Part shown: piece after piece, positions 46,402 to 55,520 of the stretch
Layout of the letters: the number at the start of each line of letters is the position of its first letter
Position numbering within the stretch: the first letter of the stretch is position 1
Source: Candidatus Latescibacterota bacterium
Lineage (GTDB): Bacteria; Latescibacterota; UBA2968; UBA8231
NCBI GenBank assembly: GCA_965261395.1
Contig: OZ253462.1
Coordinates: 782,889 to 846,888 of the forward strand
Direction of reading: 5' to 3'
Length of the DNA stretch: 64,000 nt
Program-made: the position numbers and the translations under genes
The notes under the pieces: model-generated
Databases searched by the model: none
The model's input: only the letters and a program-made list of their open reading frames with translations
What the model was told of the DNA's origin: nothing

Positions 46402-47583
46402 ATGGTATTCTCAAGAGTATTCAGTGCGGCTTTGGCTGTGGTCCTTCTATTCGCGCAGGGCGAACCTGTCGAAGCAATTTCTGAAAGGATCTCTCCGTCG
46501 GTGCGCGTCAACGGGATGGGTCAGGCGGGCGTCGCTCTCCCGGACGAGCCGGCCGGTTACTACAACCCTGGTGCGACAGCCCTGTCATCTCCTGCACATA
46601 CGCTGCAGAGCCGTTTCTACCTGAGCGAGATGCCGTGGCTTCCAGCGTTGGCAGATGATTTGAGCTACAACTACTTTGCTGCTCAGGCCGCAGCCGAGCG
46701 TGTTCTCGACGGCTTCTTGGGGTTGGATAGGCCAACAAGGCTTAGAGCAGCATTCTACGGGTACCGTACGAAGCTGGATCTCGGAGAACAGTTGCGCACA
46801 AATGAAAGGGGCGAGGTAACAGGTACTTTCACCGATGTAGATGCCTCCAACAATATCGGCGTCAGCTTGGCATTGAGGTCCGTCGTGGAGATAGGCGTCG
46901 GTGCGACCTCCAAGCGGATTTCATCTAGTCTTGGCGGGAGAAAAGGCTCAGCCGAGGCATACGACTTCGGTCTCATGGCGGTAGTACCGATGGTCGGAGT
47001 TTTGGAGCGCCTCACCGGAAGGGAGCTTACCCGGAATCAACACCTTCGGCCGCAGCTCAATGTCGGATTTGGTATCACATGGCAGAACCGTGGGGGTGAA
47101 ACCATTAGCTACCCCGACGTATTGTTTGCCGATCCTCTACCAGCGAACAGGCGGCACGGATGGTCGGGCACCTTGGGAATGGACTGGCGCTCAGACTCCC
47201 TCAGTCTCGCTATCGGCAGAGTGACATTTTCCAAGGAGACCTACCGCCCCCAAGTAGATGGTGCCCATATCACTAGCCTTGCTGAGGACGACAAGAGCGG
47301 ATTTGAGGTTTCGATTCTGGAGACGGTCTCGATTCGGCGGGGGACGTATGACGACTTTGATGGCGAGATTCATTTGGAGACCTCGGGGTGGACCGTTAAA
47401 TCCGATGGTCTCTTCAAGTTTTTTGCACACCAATTGGACAGTACTCCGTCCAATTCCGAAGGCGGCGCACTCCAGTTCCTTGCCAGACACTTGTCAATCA
47501 GTTGGTCTCGGTTCGAATACCGCGACAGAAGTCCGTCACCGTTCCGCGGTGTCGGCCACTCCTTCATCGGCTTGTCGTTCTGA
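46402..47583 (+). CDS. outer-membrane beta-barrel protein, PorV/PorQ-like
   Basis: Signal peptide MVFSRVFSAALAVVLLFAQG. VRVNGMGQAGVALPDEPAGYYNPGA resembles the conserved N-terminal block of PorV/PorQ-type proteins. The C-terminus ends in an aromatic residue (GLSF). Confidence 0.55.
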   Translation: MVFSRVFSAALAVVLLFAQGEPVEAISERISPSVRVNGMGQAGVALPDEPAGYYNPGATALSSPAHTLQSRFYLSEMPWLPALADDLSYNYFAAQAAAERVLDGFLGLDRPTRLRAAFYGYRTKLDLGEQLRTNERGEVTGTFTDVDASNNIGVSLALRSVVEIGVGATSKRISSSLGGRKGSAEAYDFGLMAVVPMVGVLERLTGRELTRNQHLRPQLNVGFGITWQNRGGETISYPDVLFADPLPANRRHGWSGTLGMDWRSDSLSLAIGRVTFSKETYRPQVDGAHITSLAEDDKSGFEVSILETVSIRRGTYDDFDGEIHLETSGWTVKSDGLFKFFAHQLDSTPSNSEGGALQFLARHLSISWSRFEYRDRSPSPFRGVGHSFIGLSF

Positions 47584-47676
47584 GTAGCGGATTCTCCGAT
47601 CGGACCAATCTATTCGCTTCTGCCCAAGGCATCGCAAAGAGATCGCTTCACCGAGCCTTCAGGATCGACAACACCA

Positions 47677-48252
47677 ATGGATTTTCGCATCGAAGAAGAA
47701 CGCCTCGACGTCCTGCCCGAATACGGCCAAGTGCCTATCGTCTTTGAAGTAAAAAGCCGCTTTCGCGTCGAACTCATCGGCAATGGCTTGGGGGGAATCC
47801 AACTGGTCGAAGAATCCGTCGATCCGTCCTACATCAAAGACTACGACCACTCCGGCGGCCCCGAGCGCTGGACCCGGAGAACGTGGGACCTCTCGCGGTG
47901 GATTATCGTCGCCGCATACAGGGAACAAGAGCGCATCGGCGGAGCCCTTGTCGCCTTTCACGGCGAAGGCTTAGACTACTGCGAAGGGCGCGAAGACCTA
48001 GCCGGCCTCTGGGACATCCGCGTGCGCTCCGAATATCAAGGACGAGGCGTGGGCAAGGCGCTCTTCCAACGCGCCGAGACCTGCGCCAAGAAGCAGGGCT
48101 GCACCCAGTTGAAAATAGAAACCCAAAACATCAACGTGCCCGCCTGCCGCTTCTACGCCCGCATGGGTGCCAAGCTCGGTCAAGTCCACCTCTACGCCTA
48201 CCATACCGAGGGCCTAGACGAGGTGCAACTGACTTGGTACAAGGATCTGTAG
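47677..48252 (+). CDS. GNAT-family acetyltransferase
   Basis: IRVRSEYQGRGVGKALFQRAETCAKKQGCTQLKIETQNINVPACRFYARMG is a canonical GNAT acetyl-CoA binding core. Confidence 0.8.
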   Translation: MDFRIEEERLDVLPEYGQVPIVFEVKSRFRVELIGNGLGGIQLVEESVDPSYIKDYDHSGGPERWTRRTWDLSRWIIVAAYREQERIGGALVAFHGEGLDYCEGREDLAGLWDIRVRSEYQGRGVGKALFQRAETCAKKQGCTQLKIETQNINVPACRFYARMGAKLGQVHLYAYHTEGLDEVQLTWYKDL

Positions 48253-48322
48253 CCGCCGCAGACGCTGGCGGTCAAAAACAACATTTGAGCATAATTCAGG
48301 TTTAAACCGAGGAGAGCCGGGT

Positions 48323-49474
48323 ATGACAGATCTTTTCGAGAGAGTGCGCGAAGACTTCCCGCGAGCACGGACCATGGCGTACTTCGACAACGCCTCGTCG
48401 CATCCGATCAGTGTGCACTCGGCCGCGGCCCTGCACCGGTACGTCGATTGGGTCGCGCACGAGGTGGGGGAGCCGTGGTGGCCGGCCTGGGCGCCGCCGC
48501 GAGACCAAGCCAAGGCCCTATTTGCCCAGCTCATCAACGCCGACCCCGGAGAAATCGCCTTTGCGCGCAGCACGGTGGAATCGGAGAGCAATATCCTCAA
48601 CGGCTTGCGGGATCATCTGGCGGGCGGCAATGTGGTGACATCGGATCTGAGCTTCAATCCCTGCATCTACAACTACAAGTTTCGCGAGCAGCAAGGTCTC
48701 GATGTGCGGATCGTCAAGAATCGCAACTGGCAAATCGACATGGCCGCCATGGAAGATGCGGTCGACGGCAATACCCGGCTGATTTCAGTGGCATTGGTGT
48801 CAAACGTCAATGGGTATGTCGCAGATGTCGCGGCGCTGAGCAAGCTAGCTCACGACAACGGCGCGTACCTGTATGTCGATATCATGCAGGCCGCGGGCGG
48901 CGTTCCGATCGACGTCAAGGCGATGGGCATCGACTTTGCGGCTTGTTCGACGTTCAAGTGGCTGATGGGCGTCAAGGGGTTCGGGTTTCTGTACGTTCGC
49001 TCTGATCTGCAGCTCGACGTGCTCAAACCGTCTCAACCCACAGGTGGTGTGGCACTCAACTATCCCCCCTGGGTGGAAGATCCCGATTCGGCTGGTAAGG
49101 AGATATCGTTTTCGCCCCCGACCGGAGTCGGCGCCTACGAGGTCAGTTACCCCTCGTACGAAGGAGTCGTGTGCGCCCAGGAGAGCTTGCAATACATCCT
49201 GAGCCTCGGAGTCGACAGCATCCGCAACCACGCGAGAGACCTGACCGATCGCCTGCAGGAGGAGCTGCCGCAGAGAGGGTACAAATCAATCACGCCGCAG
49301 GGGAACGAAAGCCCCATCCTCTCCTTCGTAGCTCCACACCCCGAAGCGGTCCTAACCAGTTGCAGAAGTGCCAACGTTCATGTGGCGATGCGTTTCGGCA
49401 ACAAGATGCGCCTCTCACCCTCGGTGTACAACAACCACGAGGATATCGATCGCCTCCTCGAGGCCCTGCCTTAG
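48323..49474 (+). CDS. class V aminotransferase / cysteine desulfurase-like PLP enzyme
   Basis: YFDNASSHP, YLYVDIMQAAG, FAACSTFKWLMG (candidate PLP lysine). 383 aa. Confidence 0.85.
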   Translation: MTDLFERVREDFPRARTMAYFDNASSHPISVHSAAALHRYVDWVAHEVGEPWWPAWAPPRDQAKALFAQLINADPGEIAFARSTVESESNILNGLRDHLAGGNVVTSDLSFNPCIYNYKFREQQGLDVRIVKNRNWQIDMAAMEDAVDGNTRLISVALVSNVNGYVADVAALSKLAHDNGAYLYVDIMQAAGGVPIDVKAMGIDFAACSTFKWLMGVKGFGFLYVRSDLQLDVLKPSQPTGGVALNYPPWVEDPDSAGKEISFSPPTGVGAYEVSYPSYEGVVCAQESLQYILSLGVDSIRNHARDLTDRLQEELPQRGYKSITPQGNESPILSFVAPHPEAVLTSCRSANVHVAMRFGNKMRLSPSVYNNHEDIDRLLEALP

Positions 49475-49594
49475 CAGCCGTCTCAAAATTCTAAGTGCGC
49501 TCCGCCCAACGTCATTTCACATCTGCGTTCATCTGCGGATACCTTGCCGTCGGGAGACAGCCGATAGGGGTTTTGAGACCGCTTCTTAGTCACC

Positions 49595-50476
49595 TCACAC
49601 CGAATCGGCCACCTCGGCGAGTCCTGCGTAGCCGTTGCTCTGCTTGGGTCTGCGGGAATGATGTGAGGGCAAGAGCAGGGCTGCCTGTTGGGGAGCGGTG
49701 AGCTCGTCCCAGTAGGACGGCCGTCGGCCGCGCACGCCGCCTCCACCCCATGACATGTGCCCGGCGTTGTACTTGTAGAGGATGGCGCGGCGCTGGTGAT
49801 CGGCATCCCACGGGAGGGTGCCGTGGGTGCATGCCTCGCTGAAGATGATGGCGTCGCCGGCTTTGGCGTTTATCTCGGTCACGTATTCCTGGTACTGTTC
49901 CCATCTGCGCATCTTGGCCGGGCAGGTCACGTTAGCCTTGTGGCTGCCGGCAATGACGCTGATGCCGCCGTCGCCGGGCCCCTCGTCGGCGAGCAGGTAT
50001 TCGATGACGCAGAGGCCGGTGAAGATCTTACCCTCGCGGTAGAAATAGGGTGCGTTGTCGAAGTTGCCGTGCAGCATGCCGCCGGAACATCCCTTGTCCA
50101 TAGCGATCAGACCCGGACCGTGGTCGAGCCGCCAGCCTTCCCCGAGGATCGTATTGAGGTGAGGGATGGTTTTGGGATGCGCCAGCATTTCTCTGAACGG
50201 CTCGCAGAGCGGCCGCGGCAGTTCCAACAGGCCCTCGCTGTTGCCGAGGCGTGTCGAGGTGTTTTCACCCTGCAAAGCAACGGAATCGCCAAAGTACTCC
50301 GGGCTCGGTGTGAGCTCCATTGAGTCGATGGCGTCGTTGGCCAGCTTCAGGTGTTCCTCGCTCAGCACGTCCCGCACGATCAAAAATCCGAGCAGGTCGA
50401 AGAGGTACTTCTCATCGGCGGACATTTCCACCGTTTCTGCGGTGATTGAGCGCGAGGTGTTGGCGTGTTCAATCAT
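49595..50476 (-). CDS. PhyH-like dioxygenase, GDGG-PGSHK subgroup without obvious HxD
   Basis: DEKYLFDLLGFLIVRDVL, MLHGNFD at the expected HxD position, EYLLADEGPGDGGISVIAGSHK, distal His in EACTHGTLPW. Confidence 0.75.
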   Translation of the reverse strand: MIEHANTSRSITAETVEMSADEKYLFDLLGFLIVRDVLSEEHLKLANDAIDSMELTPSPEYFGDSVALQGENTSTRLGNSEGLLELPRPLCEPFREMLAHPKTIPHLNTILGEGWRLDHGPGLIAMDKGCSGGMLHGNFDNAPYFYREGKIFTGLCVIEYLLADEGPGDGGISVIAGSHKANVTCPAKMRRWEQYQEYVTEINAKAGDAIIFSEACTHGTLPWDADHQRRAILYKYNAGHMSWGGGGVRGRRPSYWDELTAPQQAALLLPSHHSRRPKQSNGYAGLAEVADSV

Positions 50477-50575
50477 GGCTGTTCTCCGTGGGATGGATTG
50501 TTGGAAGATTGGTTACAGTAGCCTTTATCGACAAAATGCCCTGAGCATATACGGTGTGCAAGGCCTATTTCCAAC

Positions 50576-50604
50576 TTGGCGCGGGGCGAAGCGGTGTATA
50601 TGTT
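50576..50604 (+). promoter_or_regulatory. promoter-like block duplicated from the SGNH hydrolase locus
   Basis: TTGGCG - 17 nt - TATGTT lies inside a block about 80% identical to 55455-55483. Confidence 0.4.
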
Positions 50605-50640
50605 GAGCAAGATGCACTGCAACCCAAACCGAGGCTGACT

Positions 50641-50730
50641 ATGGCCAATATCACCCGCGCCCCTTTCATTGGCAACAACTTCACCGCCCGCGTATTGACT
50701 CGACTGGTCAGCGCCGGCGATAAGGGATAG
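50641..50730 (+). pseudogene. 29-codon fragment of an SGNH/GDSL hydrolase paralog
   Basis: MANITRAPFIGNNFTARVLTRLVSAGDKG* compared with MANITRILFIGNSFTARNNLPGLLAQLVHAGGKG of 55521..56174. Confidence 0.55.
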
Positions 50731-50734
50731 CGCT

Positions 50735-51619
50735 ATGCGCCCTTGGACCTGCCCCTTAGTGCTAGATTCGTCGCGTAATATCGTCGCCGGCAGCCAAGAT
50801 TCCTTGGTCCGGGCCATCCGCCGCGGCGCGGATCTGCGCATCTACACCGAATTTCGCCACAACGAGCACATTGACGTGCGCTCCCTCAGCGACGAGAAGG
50901 TGCGCGAAGTGGCCGAATTTGCCGTGACGTATCTCGTCGAAGACCGCTGGGCCGCCGGCCTGATGAGCCTGCGCCAGCCCGTGTCCCTGCCCGACGGATT
51001 TGGGCCGCGACCCTCGCTATCGTTTTTCCTCTATAACCAAGACGGCCACCAAGCCCTTGGCCGTCCCCACCTCGACGGGCAACAGACCGTGCCCGCCCCC
51101 GAGGGGGGACCGCATCCCATGCCGAAGTACCACTTGCTCGACAGCCATGACCTAGCGACCAGTGCCCCCAGCCACAACTTCGTTTACGACTTTGATATTT
51201 ATAAGTTCTATGTCGCCGACACGTGGGAGGAAGTATTGCACCACGACGGCCACGGCCGCGTCCTTTCCGGCTCCATCGACGCCCTCGCCACCGCCTTTGG
51301 CGACGGTGCGTCCATCAAGGTCGGCATTGGCGAGTTGTGCGCGGACCTGCCCGGAGCGGGGGCGGATCTAGCCCACGAGGTGTTCGTCGAGACTGGCTCG
51401 GGCTATTACTATGTCGAGCAGCGGCTCTTTATTGCCGGATCGCATCCGGTCATCCGCGTCCGGCCGAGCATCCCCATGCGCTATCAGAGCAAGGGCTGGG
51501 ACTTTGGCTGGCTGGTGCTGCGCACCGACGGGGCGGTCGTCTATCGACAGTGCGACCCCTATTCGCTCGCCTTTGCCGATGGAACGCGACGTCACCCGAT
51601 CCGCTGGTTCGCTCGCTGA
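50735..51619 (+). CDS. conserved hypothetical protein
   Basis: 294-aa ORF with GC3-rich codon usage like its neighbours. No family recognised. It starts 4 nt after the SGNH fragment stop. Confidence 0.6.
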   Translation: MRPWTCPLVLDSSRNIVAGSQDSLVRAIRRGADLRIYTEFRHNEHIDVRSLSDEKVREVAEFAVTYLVEDRWAAGLMSLRQPVSLPDGFGPRPSLSFFLYNQDGHQALGRPHLDGQQTVPAPEGGPHPMPKYHLLDSHDLATSAPSHNFVYDFDIYKFYVADTWEEVLHHDGHGRVLSGSIDALATAFGDGASIKVGIGELCADLPGAGADLAHEVFVETGSGYYYVEQRLFIAGSHPVIRVRPSIPMRYQSKGWDFGWLVLRTDGAVVYRQCDPYSLAFADGTRRHPIRWFAR

Positions 51620-51688
51620 CCCGCCGGTTAGCTCTTCCCTGCGGTCGGAGAGCAACCTGTTCAATCGCCCGAATCCCAATAAACGCCG

Positions 51689-52447
51689 ATGAACCCATCA
51701 GACTACGAATTCTTTCGCCACAATGGCTACGTCCGCCTAGGCCAACTCTTCTCCGATCAAGACGCCGCCCGCCTGCGCCAGAGCTTTGACGAGGACCGCG
51801 CAACTTGGGGCCGCGCCATGTGGCACCCCTTGGAAAGCGCCTACCAGACCGTCAACTGCGATCCCCTGATCACTTGGCCCGCAGTCGAAGAGATCATCCG
51901 CCACCCGCAAATCCTCGACGCAGTGGAAGCGCTGCTCGGCGCTCCCATCTGCCTCTCTGAAGCCTGCTTGCGCCACATGGCACCCTACGAGGGCGAAGGC
52001 TGGCGACGCTGGCATCGCGACCGGCCGCACTGGCAGCAGCACCCCCTGCACACCCAGTATGTCCACGCCCTCGTCTATTTGGCCGACGTTGACGAGACCA
52101 CCCACTGCTTCTCCCTCTCGCCTGAAGCCGCCGACGCGCCCATTTTGGACCAGGAAGATCAGCTCGCCCGCGGCGGTATCGTCGATCTGCACGGACCGGC
52201 CGGCACCGTCGCGCTCTTCAACCTCTCGGTGCTACACACGGCGACCATCCGCCCGACGCAACAAGAACGCAAAACCGTACAGATCTACTACGGACGCCGC
52301 GACCAACCTCATTTGAGCAACTACACAACCCTGCCCGCTCGACTCTGGCGCGACCACTCCGACCCGGAGGTCCATGCCTTCTACTCGGTACTCAACCCTA
52401 AGTCGCGGGCTTTTGCCATAGCCTTCGGTGCATCTGCACCTGAGTAA
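51689..52447 (+). CDS. PhyH-family Fe(II)/2OG dioxygenase
   Basis: YEFFRHNGYVRLGQLF, RRWHRDRPHW (HxD), LVYLADVDETTHCF, FNLSVLHTAT. Confidence 0.8.
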   Translation: MNPSDYEFFRHNGYVRLGQLFSDQDAARLRQSFDEDRATWGRAMWHPLESAYQTVNCDPLITWPAVEEIIRHPQILDAVEALLGAPICLSEACLRHMAPYEGEGWRRWHRDRPHWQQHPLHTQYVHALVYLADVDETTHCFSLSPEAADAPILDQEDQLARGGIVDLHGPAGTVALFNLSVLHTATIRPTQQERKTVQIYYGRRDQPHLSNYTTLPARLWRDHSDPEVHAFYSVLNPKSRAFAIAFGASAPE

Positions 52448-52473
52448 CGACGCAATACACGGCTGGCGCAGCT

Positions 52474-53913
52474 TTATTCCACCGGCCTGATCCGCAGCGC
52501 TAAACCGGGCCGACCGGGCAACTCGATCGGCACCTGACCCTCAAAGGTGCCCAGCGTCTCCACGGTCATTTCCCAAGTGTCGATTACATCGGCCTCATAG
52601 CGTCCCTCTTGCGGCAGGCCATCGCCAAAGTGGCGCGGCTGGTGTTCGCCGAAATAGATCAGGCGGTAGTTGCCGCGCTGGCCAGCGGCAGTGCGATCCC
52701 ACGGAAACCCGCCCACAAAAGGCTCAATACCCTCGGCTGGGCCTTGCTCGACGATCTGGCGCAAAAACTTCAGCCGCGGCCAGCTCTCACCGTGCAGCAC
52801 CCCGCCCTTGGACCACCATAGAATGTCCTCGGGGTGTTCATAGGTCTCGCCGTGGCCGGCATACCCGCCGTAGGCGATGCAAATCCAGTAGCGATGCACC
52901 AGTTCGCGGGCGGTGATATTGCCCCAGTTGCGCAGGATATTGCCCTCGTATTCGCATTCGTCGTCGATGACTGGCTTGCCATAGGCAGCACGCCACTGAC
53001 GCATCTTTTTTACATCCCAGTTCTGCACGCAGACGTGCGTCACCCCGGGCTTCGTGTGGTCGTAGTTCTTGTCAACACGGCCGTTGTGGATCGAGCGCAG
53101 GTGGCCATAGGGGTCGTTTTCCTGCACGATCTCGAAGAAGCGGTCCCAGACCGCCATTGGCTTGTCCCGCAGCATGAAGTCGTACTCATTGGCCATGGAC
53201 CACCAGACATTGCGCAAGGCCGCCAACCGGGCGACCACGTAACGCAGGTAGGCGTAGTCCCTCTCGTGCGCCATCTTGGCGTAGCCCCAGCGGTCGTAGG
53301 GATGGAAGAGGATGATATCGGCCTCTATGCCCAAGGCACCGAACTGGGCGACGCGTTGTTCGAGATGGCGGAAGAAGGCGACGTCGTAGCGGGTAAAATC
53401 CCAGTTGCCATCGGCCTTTTTCGCAAAGGGATCATAGACCGGCTCGTTTTTGTTGAAGATGTAGTCTTTGGGAAAAACGCACATCCGCAGCTTGTTGAAG
53501 CCAGCGGTCTCCAAGGTCTTGAGCGTCTGCTGCTCAAGTGCATCGCCTTGGTGGATCCAAGCGTAGCAGGTGGTGCCGAAAGGGAAGTAGGGCGTGCCGT
53601 CTTCGTAGCCGAAGTGGTATTGGTGGCGCACCCGCACTGGCCCGTGATTGTTGGGCGCTGGTGCGGTGCAGCAGAAGCTGCCGGTTTGTCCGTTAAGCGC
53701 CGCTGCATTGCTGTGGGTGCGATAGGTCCATTCGCCTTCTTGCGCTGGCATAAAGCGCACCTTATAGATGCCGTCGCCGTCGTAGAAGCCGGGCACTTTA
53801 ATCGCCGCGTCGCCTTGGCGAAACTCTGCGCCCAATGCTACCTCGGCAAAAGGATTGCCCTCTGCTGGCCCTTGCAATTCCACCTCAAACACACCCCATC
53901 GTTCTACGCTCAT
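52474..53913 (-). CDS. DUF5060/DUF4038/DUF5605-type glycoside-hydrolase-like protein (GH140-like)
   Basis: Start trimmed to ATG 53911-53913 (ATGA overlap with the upstream ORF). WGVFEVELQGPAEGNPF, FYDGDGIYKVRFMP, NHGPVRV, DGTPYFPFGTTCYAWIHQ, WWSMANEYD. Confidence 0.7.
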   Translation of the reverse strand: MSVERWGVFEVELQGPAEGNPFAEVALGAEFRQGDAAIKVPGFYDGDGIYKVRFMPAQEGEWTYRTHSNAAALNGQTGSFCCTAPAPNNHGPVRVRHQYHFGYEDGTPYFPFGTTCYAWIHQGDALEQQTLKTLETAGFNKLRMCVFPKDYIFNKNEPVYDPFAKKADGNWDFTRYDVAFFRHLEQRVAQFGALGIEADIILFHPYDRWGYAKMAHERDYAYLRYVVARLAALRNVWWSMANEYDFMLRDKPMAVWDRFFEIVQENDPYGHLRSIHNGRVDKNYDHTKPGVTHVCVQNWDVKKMRQWRAAYGKPVIDDECEYEGNILRNWGNITARELVHRYWICIAYGGYAGHGETYEHPEDILWWSKGGVLHGESWPRLKFLRQIVEQGPAEGIEPFVGGFPWDRTAAGQRGNYRLIYFGEHQPRHFGDGLPQEGRYEADVIDTWEMTVETLGTFEGQVPIELPGRPGLALRIRPVE

Positions 53914-54617
53914 TCTTTGAACTCCTCCTCCAGCCGGTCTCCGGCCGCCTGCCAAGCGGCAATGATCCGGTCGTAATATGGATGATCCTCGCACGCCTCC
54001 AACTGCCCGCTAGCTTCCAGCCAGTTGATCGTCCGCCGCACGCCTTCGACCCAAGGGATGGTGACGCGGAAGCCCAGGTCGGCTCGCGCCGCCGCGTTGT
54101 CGAAGAGGTTGTTGTATTTGAAATTCCACTCGGTCCACTCGGCTCGGCGCCCGGCTATCCGCACCAGCAAGTCGGTGGGAATCCGCACCATCTCCGGCGC
54201 GGGCGCGCCTAGGGCCTCGGCAATGCCCTCGTTGTAGCGCTCCCAAGTCATCCACTCTTCGCCCGCGACGTGATAGCCCCGCCCCAGCGCCTTGTCGTTG
54301 CCCAAGGCCCCGACAAAGGCCACTGCTACGTCGTCGCGGTGGCAGGTCGGCCAAAAGGACGAGCCATCGCCGTGGACGATGATCGGCAGACCCTTTCTGA
54401 TGCGGTCCACATAGAAGTTGCCCGGCAGCGAATGGATCAGGTTGTTGCCGCCCTCGCCGTAGGTGTGCCCCGGACGGATACTGGTCACGGCCAGTTCGCC
54501 CGTCTCGTGCGCACGGAACAAACGCTCCTCGCAGCGCGCCTTGTTGAAGGCGTAGCCAAACGCCGGATTGGGCTGCCGCTCGGCCTCCTCGGTGATCGGG
54601 TACTTAGGCTTCGTACA
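53910..54617 (-). pseudogene. 5'-truncated NAD-dependent epimerase/dehydratase (extended SDR) remnant
   Basis: The open frame reads KPKYPITEEAERQPNPAFGYAFNKARCE (YxxxK region) and onward. It is closed upstream by a TGA at 54618-54620, inside the 3' end of the PhyH gene. No Rossmann GxxGxxG region is present. Confidence 0.65.
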
Positions 54618-55371
54618 TCACCGGGCAAATCTGGGGATCGTCCAAATGCGCGGTGTAGTAGCTCTGGTCGCCGGGCACCGGCACGGCCCTTTCGTCGCGC
54701 AAATGCACGGCCAAGCTCCAGCGCGCCGCATCCGAGACATTGGCGTTGGAGCCGTGGTAGGTTAGGCAGTGGTGGACGCTAAGCCCGCCTAAGGGCATCA
54801 GCACTGGCACTTCCTCCCAAGTCTCGCCCGCGGGCACCGCGATGTCCTCCCGCAGTTTATGCTGATCCTTGTCGAAGAAATTGCCCTGATTCAAAAAGCC
54901 CCAACGATGCGACCCGCGCACAAAGCGCATCGGGCCCGACTGCTCGCCCACATCGCACAGCGCGATCCACGCTGTAAACAGCCCTTCGTCTTGCTGCCAC
55001 ATGCGCCAGTACTGGCGGTCTTGGTGCCAGCCGACGTGCCCTGCAGCTGCGGACCCCGGCGGCTTGATTAGCAACTGGCTCGCCCACACCTGCACTCGCT
55101 GGGCACCCGTCACTTCGGCGACCTTGCGCCCCACTTGTGGACAGGTCACCAATCCATAGAGTCCCGTATCCGACCGATGCGGATTATTGATCTTGCACAA
55201 CACCTCTGGATCATATCCAGGATGCTCGGTCGGCGGCAGCCCCATATCGAACACCCCATCGCGCACCGCCACCATTCCCCGCACCGCCTTTTCCAGCACA
55301 TCGTCCGGCGCGATCTGCTCATCCGCGATACAATACCCGTCCCGCTCGTATTGCTCGACCGTTTGTCTCAT
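54604..55371 (-). CDS. PhyH-family Fe(II)/2OG dioxygenase (ectoine-hydroxylase-like subgroup)
   Basis: QYERDGYCIADE, HVGWHQDRQYW (HxD), WIALCDVGEQSGPMRFVRGSH, LTYHGSNAN. Confidence 0.85.
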   Translation of the reverse strand: MRQTVEQYERDGYCIADEQIAPDDVLEKAVRGMVAVRDGVFDMGLPPTEHPGYDPEVLCKINNPHRSDTGLYGLVTCPQVGRKVAEVTGAQRVQVWASQLLIKPPGSAAAGHVGWHQDRQYWRMWQQDEGLFTAWIALCDVGEQSGPMRFVRGSHRWGFLNQGNFFDKDQHKLREDIAVPAGETWEEVPVLMPLGGLSVHHCLTYHGSNANVSDAARWSLAVHLRDERAVPVPGDQSYYTAHLDDPQICPVMYEA

Positions 55372-55454
55372 CTGAAGTTCTCCCTATTAGACTGCATAAA
55401 AATCGCCGACATCGAGATTCTGCCTGCTGAATACGAGGCCATTAGGATAGCAAT

Positions 55455-55483
55455 TTGGCGCGAGGCGAAGCGGTATTTATGTT
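55455..55483 (+). promoter_or_regulatory. promoter-like block upstream of the SGNH hydrolase gene
   Basis: TTGGCG (55455-55460) - 17 nt - TATGTT (55478-55483). The block is conserved at 50576-50604. Confidence 0.45.
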
Positions 55484-55520
55484 GAGCAGGACATACCTCA
55501 ACCCAAACTGAAGACTTATT

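Noticed and set aside
47510-47520. GGTTCGAATAC, resembling a tRNA T-arm/T-loop.
   Set aside because: It lies inside the well-supported 46402..47583 coding frame, and I could not fold an acceptor or anticodon stem around it.
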